Shown: piece after piece, positions 25,693-38,829 of the stretch
Numbering within the stretch: position 1 is the first letter of the stretch
How the letters are laid out: each line of letters begins with the position of its first letter
Source: Hemiscyllium ocellatum
Lineage: Eukaryota
Assembly: GCF_020745735.1 (NCBI RefSeq)
Contig: NW_026867509.1
Location: 62,001-126,000, forward strand
DNA length: 64,000 nucleotides
Direction: 5' to 3'
Position numbers and translations under genes: made by a program
The notes under the pieces: generated by a model
What the model saw: the letters and a program-made list of their open reading frames with translations, nothing else
Told to the model about the DNA's origin: nothing
Databases searched by the model: none

Positions 25693-27269
25693 GGATTCAG
25701 AGTGGAGTTGATTATTCCAATAGCCTGCTTCCAAACTGCAGGGATGCTATATCCTGCCACGCTGTGTTCAAATGACGATGTTTGTGGGGCCCAGTGCACA
25801 GAGATATCGCAGAGTTATCGATAGAGACAAAGCAATAGTTAAATTAACAACTTTCTTTTCTTGATCAAAATAAACTGATCAGAAAAATCTGATCAACCTT
25901 TCTCTTTACTCGAGTCAAATTTCTTTAGTAATTATGAGAAAGTAGTCTGGGAATGTATTTAATTCGGGGAGGGGAAATTATACTACAAAAACACATGTGT
26001 TGTGGAGTTTCAATGGGGAAGAATTGTTCGATGGGAGATGCACAACAGAAATGTTGAGGACTTTTAAGAACGGTTATTGTCAGTGTTGGATAACTTTGTC
26101 CTGCTGAGACAAGCAATGCTTGATAAGGTGAAGGAAATTTGAATTTCAAGCGAAGAGGCGGTTCTTGACGAAAGGAAGAAGGAATCTAACTAAGGGTTGA
26201 GGAAACAAGGATTTGCACAACTTGGCAGGGTAGATGGACAGATTTTAAGAATGGACTGAAGAGAGCTTGGATGGGGCACAAAATAGCTTGAGCAGGAAGA
26301 AGTGGGAAACGCTAAAAGCGTTCTGCACTGACCTGAGGAACAAGAGAATGACCATAGAGAGGAGAGGGCCGATCAGGGATAGTGGAGGAAAGTGGTGCCT
26401 AATAAAATATTTTATTTGTTTATTTATATTCCACCATTGCAAGATTGCATTCCGCTTTCCTAGCACACACCTGGTCCTTTGAAAAGATATTCCAGTCATC
26501 ATACCGCGTTATAGCCACTATGAAGTTGTACATGATATAAATTATATCAGAGAGGCTGACATGTCTTTTGGAAATTACGGAAAATTGATGTGAGAAAAAA
26601 GAACCTGAGGTTCTTTATTTTGAGAGGACGCTTTGTGGTACCACATGGGTTTTTGTGTGAGGCGGAATTATTGGGATGGCTGGCGTAGCCACTTTTGAGG
26701 CACAAATTGAATTTGTAACAAGATAAACGGCAAAAAAGTGAAGAACTGGTAAAATGTAAATAGGTGAGAACCTTTAAAAGAAGTCAACTGTTAAACTGAG
26801 GAATTGCTTATCAAGGATCGAAACCAATATATGTCAAAAAGGTTCGTTCTTTGGTGGAATGATGACAGTGATCGGCTCAATCCATGTGAAGTGACTGAGA
26901 GCCAACATTTCTTCTCATGCTTTCACAAAATTTTCACCGACAGTAACGCGGGGGGATCAGAGAGCCGAAGTAGGGAGAGTGAGGAATAAATGAAAAAAAA
27001 TGTCATCTGGACGAGACGAATGGATAGTAGCCGCAGCAAGGGGATGTGGGAGGGGGAACACAGATTGCAATTGCGCTTCTTTTCGAGTAATACAAAATGC
27101 AAGTGTTGCCCATTGTTTTCAGGATCGACTGCAGTCAATTATCAGAGCTGCCAATAGGCTTTCTATCCCTTTGGTACTGGCACTAACTTTCCATAAATTT
27201 CAGTACCAGGTGCTAACGCCACCAGTATCCTCTGAACTCATCTCGTGGAAAAGAAAGAGCATGAGAGAT

Positions 27270-29737
27270 TTATTCCACTCTGCGTTTAAAGAAATTGGTG
27301 ATGGTAGCGAAGGGGTACATAAACAAGCTCATTAACTCCTTTCGAAACAAATTCTGAGATATTGCATAAACTGAATAACTGTTGCAGGAACTGAATAACT
27401 GAAGTGTGTTCGTCGTCTCTTGGAAGATATACTGTGGGTCACTGAAATCTAATCCACCGAAGTAGCTCTGTGTTTTAAACCGCACATAGATGAAATGTCT
27501 GACAAGAGTGGCCCACAGGAGGAGGAAGCTGAGAGAGATGGCGAACAGTAGGATGATGGATCTCTTGCGGTGGGCCATCTCCGGGTCTTGTTGCTTCGCT
27601 GCACCCCGGAGCCTCCTACGGGCTCTGTTGGCCACCATGATCTGTCTTATGGTCAGGACGTTCAGCATCAGAATAACGAAAAATGGGAGAGAAGGGATAT
27701 AAATCTGAAAGAGTCAATCATAAGCCTGCCAAGCTGGCAAGACGTAGAAGTTGGATTTGATGTGGCAAAAACACGATACCCCATCTAAGATGTATAAGGG
27801 TTCGTAGATAAAGTAGAATGGAATGTTCTTGACGCAGCACAGAGCACAGACAATTCCAATGACCAGAGACGCAGTTTTCTCTGTACAGTATCTGGTCTTC
27901 AACTTTTGGCAGCAGATGGCAACGAAACGGTCGATGGTAAAGGCGACTGTTAGCCAGACCGAACAATCTCGCGTGGCATAGACCAGTACGACGCTGAGAG
28001 TGCACACAGGAGTGGTCGACAAGATACTTTCCCGGAAATAGATGCGGCGGATTCGATTGAGGATGTCTGCGGTGATGATGAAAACGAAATCAGTCACTGC
28101 GATAGCCACCAGGTAGGAGGTGATGCATCGGGAGAGATTGCACCATCCTCGAGATAGAATTATGATTGCCAACAAATTGGCTGTGAGAGATCAGAAGAGA
28201 AAGATATCACAGAACTTAATCAAAACACTGTCTGCTGCCTTTTACAATCTTTTATGTAACAGCTTTAAAACACCGGGTTTCCACTTTCATTCCCTGCCTA
28301 TCCAAAAACCATTGACAAGCATGGACGTTCACTACAGCATTAAATATCTCTCAATGTGAATAATCCCAGGAATGGATATTGTTCGCTCGTTACTGAGTAA
28401 ACTCCAGTAGCTACTGTCCAATTCAGGATAAATGGAGTAATGTGGGCTCAATGAAAGTATTCATACCAAACCCCGGACACGCTTCAACCCATAAATGTTT
28501 GCTCACGTTGGATTTTCACTGGTGGTGTCCCACCCATTACAATTCTCATCCTTTGAAACTTCAGAAGCTCCATAGTCTAACTTCGTACATTCCCGCAATC
28601 ACACACAACTCTTTGTAATCACAAATTAACTTTGTTTCTGTCTCCTGTCTATGCCTCGAAATGGTGTTTCTAACTGTGTCAGTTATAGGTTTAAAAAATA
28701 AAGCTCTAAACTCTGGAATTATTACCGAAGATCTTCGCTTCTACTCCCTTCTTTCAGAGTTCGTTTGATCGACCCTTTTTTCCAATATCTCATATCTCAC
28801 GAAATTGCATTAATTTACTCAAGCTGTTCAATGTTTGCTAGGGGCGGTGTTGTGGCTCGAGATGATGTGTACTTTCTTATAATTGTGAAGAATGTTGTTT
28901 TGGCTAATTATTCCAAAAACGTATCGAGAGCTTACGAATCCTTGCAACAGAGAAGCAAATTAATGACATTTTAAAATCTTGCATCTCCACTGACACCTTT
29001 TACACTAAACTTCAGTTAATTCCGACGATCAAATTAACAATGACTCCATTCACTATGAAAAATAAATCATAGACAGAGATTGCAATAAGCCCATGCAGAA
29101 AGGCATTGTACCATATTATGGTCAAAAATTAAAGACTGGACGACAACGCTGAAAAGCTTTTACTGTTTTGAAATTGAACATAAAATTCATCCGTATTACA
29201 GTTTAATGTTCCTGCATTAAGGAGGACACATCACAGAAGCGCTTCACAGGAGGCTCCCAAGCACTGAGGATGTCACCTAGACAGGGAACGAAACGTCTGC
29301 AACACAAATTCCCAGCACGGCGAACAGAACCACAACAATGAGCAACCGAGCTACAAATGTTCTCCCAAAGTTGATGCATATTCATTCATCCCAGTTCGTA
29401 GTTCAGCAGACAATAAGCCATTTTTCCATGAATACACATCATGGAAAGTTCAGAAACGTATTTTTCATTCACACTTAAGAAAGTGTCAGTACTGAACCAT
29501 GATATGACACAGCACAGATAGTATCCTGACATACTCACTGAACATCATTTGATATCTGTTAATGTTGCATGTTGGAAAAGTTCAGCTATATCCTGAATGG
29601 GAAAGGAATGCATTTCATGAAACACAGAATAAAAAAAATATACTTTTCATATGAATCAGTGACTTACCAGGGGCGAAAATAGCAGCGAGTATTGAATAGG
29701 AAATGAGGAAAAAGGGGGAAATGACTGGTGCGTGCAT
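27270..29737 (-). pseudogene. GPR139-like class A GPCR, gene C (exon 1 29737-29668, exon 2 28180-27270), premature stop
   Basis: Exon 1 MHAPVISPFFLISYSILAAIFAP-G|GTAAGT; acceptor TCTCTCACAG|CC AAT. A TGA replaces the conserved Trp (AYD*LFQ) at 27714-27716; the downstream ORF 27270-27668 is in the same frame. Confidence 0.9.
29205..29375 (+). mobile_element. Solo Penelope terminal repeat with hammerhead core
   Basis: GCA CTGAGGA T GTCACCT AGAC AGGGAAC GAAA C GTC TGC at 29261-29300; similar to 9804-9960 and 40050-40110. Confidence 0.7.
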
Positions 29738-30052
29738 CGTCGTTCAGGAACTGCAGGAGTTCTGGTCGCTGTGGAGGTTTGCTCTGCGACACATTTAAGT
29801 GCAACCTCATTCATTCGGATTGATAATCTCCAGGGGGCCAATTAAATTTCCAGATCAATCTTGCTGACAATTCCATGCACAATGAGATGACCTCACTCCT
29901 TTATGCCTTTCAACAAAGTGGACGATTTCAATTCACTTTGGGACAGGCTTGTAATAATTTTAGTGGTTCGTCTGTTCTGGACTGGGTCAGACCACTCAAT
30001 ACATTCTAAAGCAGAAAGCCCAGGCCATACCTTTCCTATTTGTTTCGGTAAG

Positions 30053-33000
30053 TGTACAATGAAAATTCACCGGAGTAACTGAGTTAGCTTGACTACTAGG
30101 TTTTAAAACGGACAAAAATTAGTTCACAAAATTGCAGTTTGAAACATGAAGAACCGAATACAGAATTACCCATAAAACCTAGACTATCCACCTAGACTTA
30201 ATTATGGTGTTCGGAAAATGCACAACAGTCCTAATAAACAAACGCCTTAAACACCGAGTAAAAATGACATAGAGGCTTAATGATCGAATGTGAAGTGCAG
30301 AAGTAGAGATAAATTCCAGTCTCAATTGACTGACTTCACCAGCGTTTTGTCACACACACCTCTGCTGAACTGAACTGCTAGATAGTTGGCCACACTCCCC
30401 TGACTGTACAGGTTACTTCTAAATCAGAAAAGCTTTGCTATGAAGACCCATTTGTTTACAGATTAGCAAAAAGGCTGCCCAACACATTTTCTTTTATCTC
30501 CCTATCAATCAAGCCGATTCAGTGTCTGGTCTTTTTACACAACTCCTTCAAAAATAAATCAAGGACACATTATCCTTGAGAAAAGGAACAGCTTTTAGAA
30601 AAATAAACAGTTTTGTATCTCCTTCCATCTAAAAAAAAATCAATATTTCAAAATGGCTAAATTCTTAAAGGAACGAGAAAAAAACGTGTTTTGTCCTGTA
30701 AATCACGGTTGCCTAGTACACTGACTATATATGTAGTTCAAACATGCACAACCACATTTGAATTCAGGCCGTGGCATACCCACCAGCAAATGTTTCCATA
30801 TGTTATTCGAGTCTCAACAACGTATTGGCAATCACGTTTTTGCAAACTGCTGCAGGCACAATTGTCAAATTGAATGGCTGTCACAACAAGCTCGAACTAA
30901 ACAGCCTGTTTTTTTCCGTCCTGAAATTTTTCCACAAATGTCAACGGGTTATTAGCAATGCACACGATTGTCAGATGTATTGCTGGTCATATAAACACTG
31001 AAATGTTTCAATTCCCATTCCAAGATCAAATTCTCTTTCTCAGCTGTTGAATCTTCTTGTTAATGAACATTTACGCTTTAAGAGACATACTCAATGGATC
31101 TTTCTTTCCTCTCATCATCATCCTGCAGTGGTATCGCACTGACACCCACAGCACTGGCATCAACGGCCGCCTTAAAAGATTTCGTGTAATCAGCTGTGGC
31201 GAATAGGGGGGCAGTGGGTGACAGAGGTGTTAGGCAGCCAAATGTCTTTAGACAGTCTGTTTTCCACTGAAACGTCTTCCCCATTTTTGTAACAATTCAG
31301 TGAGTGTAGCTGTCACACTTCTAACATTCGGCAAAAAAAGTTTCTGTTATGTCCACTCAATTCCAGAAACCTTGGTAAAGCTCTTTTCCTCGATGGCGTT
31401 AGAAATTGCCAATTACTTTCTTTTTCACACCCCATGGGGCCATTTGCTCGTGTCTAATAACGTGGCCCAAGAACGTGGCTTGGGCTTTGACAACTTTTCT
31501 TTTAGCTCGGTTTAACATGAAACCTGCCTACTGATGTCGATCGAACAAGTCCAATAAATGCAGCAAACGTTCCTTACCCGAGTGACAAAAACTCGCCATG
31601 TCATCAACGTACACCACACATATCAGTAATTAGGCAATGGCCTTATTAGTTAGTTTCTGAAATGTGTCTGGAGCATTTTCCATACCAAATGGCATGAGTT
31701 TAAACTGATATATCCATCTGGCATTACGAAAGCCAAAATTATCTTTGGGTTTCTGACAAAGGTACCTGCCAGCAGCCTCTGAGCAAGTCCAACTTAAAAA
31801 TGTAAGTTACTTGTCCCACCTTCGCGACACAGTCCTCAACTGCGGAATTGGATATGCATCCGTCTTCGCAACGGCATTGATTTTGCCCTAATTCATTTAT
31901 AACCATTGAGTACCATCTGGCTTTGGCACCGTGGCTCTGGGTGAGCTCCAGTTACTGTAAAACTCACTTCGATTGTGTTATTCTTCTAAACCTGCGTCAA
32001 CTTCAGATATTCACGCTGATAAGGATATTGCTAAATCGGAAAAATATCTCTTGGACCTGTCTCTTGCACAATTAGAATAGTATTTCCCAGTCTACTTCTA
32101 TGATAATTATATCTCCTTCAGGTTATTGCGATTTTCTTGTGGAAGGTAGCTCAATAATTGAGGAATGTCTAATTCAGAGAAATTAACTTAGTTTTTCCTT
32201 CTTGGTTGTAATCATCAACACCATCTCCTCTTCCTTTCCTTTGCTGACAAAATAGCTTTTGAGCATATTCACATGACTCACTTTGCCACATTTCATCCTG
32301 TCTCCAGTTCCTATCAAGTAGTTCACCTCACTCAATTTCCTCTCTGTTTGATAAAATTTACGAAACCTTCCTGTTAAAGGTTCACCTATTACTGGAATTA
32401 ACACGAATACCTTATCCCCAATGGCAAAATTGCGAACTTTGATATATTGTCCACTTTCTGCTCTATTGTATGCTGTGATATTTTTAAATTTTGTTTTGCC
32501 ATCTCCCCAGCTCTCTTCTCTTGTTCTGTAAAATTTGACACATCTTCCAAATGTGTGGTCTCTGAATTCTGATAACTGTCCTATTGCTTCATGCCCCAGA
32601 AATACTTCAAATGCACTGCATTTGGTTGATACTTTTGGTGCATCTCTGACCATATAAAGCACAAACAGCACTCCCCGATCCCAATCATCTGGATAGTCCT
32701 GACGATAAGCCCTCAATATGGTATTTAATGTTTGATTCCAACTTTCTAGCACTCCCTGCAATTCTGAATGGCAAGCAGTAGATTTAGATTGTTTGTTTAC
32801 CAAGCTATCCATAAACTCCATGAATATTTTGGACGTGAAGTTTGACCCTTAATCTGACTGAATCTCTATTGGTTGTCTGTATCTAATAATCAAAAGAAGA
32901 TTTCATTCTTCTCCAACTCTTCTATCTGTGATATCGCACAATTTGACGATTTCAGGAAATTCAGTCGATGCATCCTTGATTGTTAATCAATACTGCTTCA

Positions 33001-33490
33001 CACTTTTTGTTTGAGGTAGGGGACATCTGAAATCAGTTAAGGCTCTCGTGAACGGTTACTCAAACGCAGGAATAGGTATTAAAGATGCAGGTTTTATTAT
33101 TGCTTGAGGTTTTCCGATTAGCTGATACATATGCCACGCCTAGAAAAATTCAACTGCATCGACCAGGCCAGTAAAAATGTCTTTGAATTTTGCTTATTCT
33201 GCATTTTCCTCACTCCTTAGCGACCTCTGACTGGCAGCTCATGTGCCACTCGCAGCACCCTCTTTCTATACTCAACTGCCAATACAATTTGAAGACACTG
33301 CAGCATTGGATTTTTCTAGCGAACTCTGCCTTTGTTGTAGATTCTATTTCCTCCTTTGTTTGTAAAGCCAGGAATTCAAAAAAAAATCGTGAATGGTCGA
33401 TATCTGCGATAATTGTCCTAATTATTCCCCAAGACATCGGCACCTGCCAGTCACAGAAGGAGGCTTTCAGTCTTCAGCAGCACTCCTGTC
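30053..33490 (-). mobile_element. Degenerate Gypsy LTR retrotransposon with Gmr1-like INT-RT-RNaseH order; probable 3' LTR ~30053-30618
   Basis: Minus strand, 5' to 3': integrase (RHFYWPG; PFTRALTDFRCPLPQTKS; 32821-32183 ORF), RT (KLDLLRGCWQVPL, MPFGMENAPDTFQ, YVDD; ~31900-31600), RNase H (KSFKAAVDASAVGVSA; 31284-31078). Purine tract near 30620. Confidence 0.85.
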
Positions 33491-34290
33491 CCTGAACTGA
33501 GGGATTAGGTTAATCACACTGCCCTAAACTCCCAGAAACGTTGCATATGTGCACATTTCGAAAACAGCCAAATATCCTTTGAAAATGAGATTTAATCTGC
33601 TCCTGAGCTCTCTCAAGCAGCTTGTATCATTGCAGAGTTACCTTCTGCACAGATAGGCAATCGTCAAATGCCTTCTGAATAGTGTTCAACATTTGGTACA
33701 TATTTTGGAAGTGGCAATATGGAGATTGTTCTTCCAGAGATTGGGACCACTAGTTTGAACATTTGTGCCTCTATGTCTCTAATGCTATAATTGTGAGGCT
33801 TTTCTACAATGAGTTTAACAGTGTGAGAGTATGACAGCATGATTATGAGAGAGTGTATGTGAAGATGAGAGCTGGTCTGATAATGAATTTTACAGTGTGA
33901 GGACGAGTGTGAATGAAAGATAATTTGTGAGCGTGAAATAAAGAGTGTATGCATATACGTGTGAATGAGTGTGAGCTTTTCCGAGAGTAAATTTAACGAA
34001 GAGAATATGAGAAAGAAACATTGCATCTAAGTTTGAGTGAGAGTTTGAGAATAACTTTAACAGTGTCAGAAATAATGCACGTATTCTTTCTCCACACTTG
34101 CTATTGGATCTCTGAATTCATACTGGTGAGTGACGGGTCATCTAATCTGATCATAGGAAGGTGCTTTCTCGATTAACCTGACTGTGTGCACATTAACTGG
34201 TAAACAACAATAATAGACGTTTTAAATGTCCTGTTCAAAATAACAGTTGAAAAGAAAACCTGCTTAAAAAGATGACACAGGAAAAATTAG

Positions 34291-34380
34291 ACTGGAGAGA
34301 AGCCGTTCACCGTGTCCCACTGTGGGAGGGAGTTTACCCAATCATCAAATTTAGTGAGACATCAGCGAGTTCACCAGTGA
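34291..34380 (+). pseudogene. Single C2H2 zinc-finger remnant
   Basis: TGEKPFTVSHCGREFTQSSNLVRHQRVHQ*; the first Cys is lost. Confidence 0.8.
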
Positions 34381-35329
34381 TGGAAACGTTGTTATTTCAT
34401 GCAGCCACATTCAGTATTGAAAGAAAAGTTTCTTGGTTCAGGGAAATTTACTCCGACTTACTGCCATGTTCAGATAATCGGACTATGGATGTTTTCCCTC
34501 AATGGAATTCCGTCTTTTGTTCCTCTTATTTTGAGCAGACGATTAAAGTAGTTTTTGGCAAAGATATGAAACAGACGGTTCGACCACTCGTGATGTATCA
34601 ATCAAACATCTTCAGCCGTACATAAGGTATTCAACGCTTATATTCAAAGACATATCAACAGGAAGTTCACACTGGATTGAGCAGAACGTCTTCAAAGTGA
34701 CATAATTTTCATTCAGAAGTGGAACAGTGAATCCACATGTGCAAGGGTCTTTGGCAATTGACAGTTTATTAAACATCAACATATGTCATCCAAGCCACTG
34801 ACAACTCGTTTCTTCTTCAATCAAACCATCAGATAAATTGTCCGTATAATCAGCCCAGAACTTCCACTTGCTGAGGAGAGAAACGAGTATGGAATTCAAA
34901 GACAAACAGATTAGTCATGATTTTATTTAATGCAAGAAAAGTAGGGTTTCGTTCCACTCCTAGTTCATGTGTTTCCATGTATATAAGGGAATTAGGCAAT
35001 AGTCCAATTCAATTTTCTACCTCCAACATCACAAATTAAAAGCATAAACAAATGAACAGTTAATGGTGTTCTTGTATCTGATCAAGAGTCTAGAATTTAA
35101 GGAGTTGTTGAAAATTAGTTGCATTCATGAAGTCGATGCAGGCAGCCATTCGCCCCTCAAAAACTCGAAGATATTATGTCCCTAAATATTTGCTTGTGAC
35201 ACATGTAACCTGTTCAGGATATAAAGGTTGCGGCAGGGAGTGAACTTGTGATGGATTTGAAGAGAATAAGAATGAAAAGACATTGCTGGGCTCATGGAAT
35301 GTATTGATCATTCTAATTATTCAAAGGTC

Positions 35330-36190
35330 TTACGCATCCAAAATGCACGTGGTGATAGACGATAGTTTGCGTTTCTGGAGACTAGAGTCTTACGTCAGGC
35401 TTCAGTGCTGGGTTCCTTATTGGTCGTTGCATATACGATCTGTTTCAATGAGAATTAGGCAGGAGATTGGGGTGGAGGATAAGGTAACAATGCTTGCAAT
35501 GACTGAAAACTTCGCCGGGTGATTGACAACAAGGATGACTGTCATAGGTTACAGGCGATTGTAAACAGATTAGTAATGTGGCAGATCAGTGGCAGATGGA
35601 ATTTAATCATGATAATAGTGAAGTGATGCATTTCAAAAGAAGCAAGTAAGATAAGAGAGTATTAATTGAATTCTAACAAACTACGAAATTCAGAGGAAGT
35701 AAGATATTGTGGGGTGCTTGAAAACAGATCGCTGAAGGCGACTGGGAAGGTTTTTGCGACAGTTTAAGATGCATAGGGGGCTCTTGCTATTATCAGTGGA
35801 GGTATATATTAAACCGCAGTGAGGATTTATTGAAGATGCACAGGACTTTGGTTAGGTCACAACTGAAGTTTTGTGCATCCTTCTCGTCTCTCTCAGAATT
35901 GCATGATTGCATTCGAGGTGGAGTAGAGGTGGTATAACATTTTGGCGATATAGATAGACTGGATATAAAGAGAGCTATTCGTCTTCGTTGGAGAATCAGC
36001 AGGAATGGAGCATAATTTAAAAATGAAAGGCAAGAGGGTTAGAGGAGATTTGCGCTGAGAAGAAATTACCCAGAGAGTGTTTGGCTGAAACACATTGCCT
36101 GGGTTGAGGTACGTAAATTCACAATCTTCCAAAATTACTTCGATGAGGGATGGGTTTCGTGCTGCAAAGCATAGAATTCGTGTAGTTTTT
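35330..36190 (+). mobile_element. Old CR1 LINE 3' fragment
   Basis: Degenerate CAGTGCTGGGTTCCTTATTG and CAGTGGCAGATGGAATTTAAT motifs; boundaries approximate. Confidence 0.65.
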
Positions 36191-36537
36191 GTGGTACAGA
36201 CCTGATGGGATGAAAACACGATTCTGAAATGTATGATTCAATGATTTTATTTTCTTGGAGTTATGGTGGTAAGTGGATAAAGAAGCCGTGCTGATCTTGA
36301 CATGGAGGGACAGGTTAACAGTATGATAGATTCAGTCATCTCTCTGCTCAGCAGTTGGATTTCTCAGGCGTTTCTTCAAAAAATCCTGTGACAGTTTCCA
36401 TCCAGTATGCTCTGGTTTCCTGGCAGCCGTGCCGTTGAGCGCTAAACACTGCACTTCGCTTTGTGTTTGCATTTAATTTTGTGATTCTGAGCAACCCAAA
36501 CAATCTCTAACAGAAAGACCCTCAAAAACTGTTCAAT

Positions 36538-36580
36538 AGTTTTTAAACAGAGCTCAGATTGCATTTTTGTTTTTACTGTG
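36538..36580 (-). other. Recombination signal of the V segment, abnormal 27-nt spacer
   Basis: CACAGTA - 27 nt - TTAAAAACT, directly after the V exon. Confidence 0.65.
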
Positions 36581-37036
36581 CGGCTGAAAGCACATAAATA
36601 TATGGCAATGTCAGTCAGCTGCAGCCCCAAAATGGTCAAACTGGTGACTTTTATTCCATGTTGGAGCTCTGCCGACACATGGACTTTGGAATGGGCTCCT
36701 TTCCTTTGTTCTGTATCCCAACACCGCCTCCACACAATACACTGAAGCTCCGTGTCTGATTGTTGCTGACACCAACACAAATAATACTCACTTTCTATTG
36801 TACTGTAGGTACATCTCATAGTCACCGATTCATCCACTCTCCTGCTCTCGGAAAGATGAGACTGAGTTACGGAATTACCATCACTGACATGTGGAACATG
36901 TTCAAAAAGAAGAAGGCAGTATTTTAAAAATATCACTCGAATAACTACGTGCTTCTAGTTTGTAGAAGACACAATTGGTCTATTCCTCACCTGCAATGAA
37001 CATTGCAAATATAAGACAGGTGCTGAATATCCGCAC
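36581..37036 (-). pseudogene. T-cell receptor alpha/delta-type V gene segment (leader 37036-36991, V exon ~36890-36581)
   Basis: The V exon is open: SVTQ...VTMRC TYSTIESEYYLC W CQQ...SLTILGLQLTDIAIYLC AFS (both Cys and the Trp present). 46-nt leader (GTG)RIFSTCLIFAMFIA-G|GTGAGG starts with GTG; the expected acceptor reads TTCCAC, not AG. Confidence 0.85.
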
Positions 37037-37504
37037 GGCTGATGCCGACTGACACTGTCGGTTTCTTTAAAAGCTCAAACTCGGACAGAAGACACAGCAT
37101 GAGAGGCTCCGATTGGCTGAATGTCAGTTTCTAATGTAATGGTTCCATTACAACAGAGTAATCTCACAGACAGAAACCAGAAATAAGTTGACATTCAAAT
37201 TAGATCCTGGTCACCTGCAGCTGTTTCCAATGGAGCAATCTCTCTGATTATGGAGAGTGGTAACAAGGAATTTGCTAATCATCTCCGAAAGTGAAAACGG
37301 CAGCACAAATATAACAAATGGCCAGTAATTATTAAAATGGAAATTGGGAATAGAAGTAGGAACTTTTTTTTAGGAATATCCATATTTCACAAAACTATGC
37401 TGGATAAAGTAACTACTGTGAGGCAGAGTTTTAACTTAATGATGAAACTCCGCTCTTAGCTCCATAAACACAATTCAGATAACTGCCTGGACAAAACACA
37501 GAAT

Positions 37505-38140
37505 TGTAGCAACTAGACAAACACAGTTATCGTCAGATGGGATGGAATTCCTCTTCACTCGTTTCACAAGAAACGTCTTGTGGAGGAGGGATGGGAAACT
37601 GTCACAAAGCTAGTCACGTCTTTTTTCTGAAATTTGCTCCTTGGCTCAAGGACGCTCTGTCCGTGATTTTTTTTTCAGATAAACCAGCCCGGGCTCCAAT
37701 CAGTCTGGTTTGGTACAGAAAAAGAGTTTGAGAGGCATTTTATTTATATGTTAACAGATGAGACTTCAGGCTAAAGTGGTCTTGTTTTAGACGGGGCCTG
37801 CAGGATGCAATTCTCTTAATGAGCTGTTTAGTTCAGTCCTGAACTGGTGAGGATTTCAACACAGAGCTGTGTGGAAACTCTCTCTCTCTCTCTGTCTGCC
37901 CTTGACCTTCTACCTGCCAGTTGTCCGAAAGCAGCGGGCTCCTTTTCGTTTAGAGTACGCCCAAGTACTTTCCAGCATATCATTGTAAATACTGGGGTGT
38001 GAAATACACAATAAACCGTCGAAAGCTCCCCCAACCGTTGGTATGATAGCCTGATGTTCACTTGCATGGATAATTGGGAAAGACAGTTTTGCAAAGGTGG
38101 TATCGGCTCAGTGGAGGTAACTAAAGATTCCAGAAACTGT
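37505..38140 (+). mobile_element. Possible solo LTR
   Basis: Starts TGTAG, contains TATTTATAT, a CT microsatellite and AATAAA; 3' end not defined. Confidence 0.35.
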
Positions 38141-38829
38141 AAAAGTGTCGACAGTTTGTGAAAAATGTCAGTAATCTGACTTCAGGAATAGCCATCAATG
38201 GCAGGGTGCAGTCAATGCAGGACTGAGAGCGTACAATATACTAAGTAATGGAAGTGAGCTTGCAGAGTAAATTGAAATTGGAGGGTACGATGTTATGGAT
38301 ATCAGATATACGTGGCTGCAACGGTATTAGAGCTGATCACGAATGATCCAAATATACTGAAAGGACAGCACTTGGGTAGAATGGTGGTGTTGTTTTGTTT
38401 TGAAGAAATTAATTTTAATCACGAACATGAAGTAATTTAGGGTTGGGACGCCTCGAATTTGTGTGGGAATGTGTTTAGAAGCAACAAAGGAAAAGAGAAC
38501 CTGGTGGAATTAATGGAAAGGCCTCACCCGCGCAAAAAAAAACAATCAGGAAATGGATAAGGCATGTAAGAAAGACACAATTACAACAATCATGAGGCAT
38601 TTCAGTATGTAGGCGGATTGGGAAAGTAACGTGGGTCACGGATTCCCCAAAAAATGGTTCGTGAAATATCCACACGTTGTTTTTAACACATCTTGTGGTA
38701 GAACTAATGAGCAAAGGATAATTCTCAATTTAGTGAGAAGCAATGACGGAGACCTGAATTGCTAGTACAAGTTGAAGGAAATTGTAGGTGATATTGACCA
38801 TACTATTGGAGAATTCGACTTTCAGTTCA

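Noticed and set aside
33701-33737. Plus-strand J-like motif YFGSGNMEIVLP
   Set aside because: No GT donor, no convincing RSS, and opposite orientation to the other segments; may be chance.
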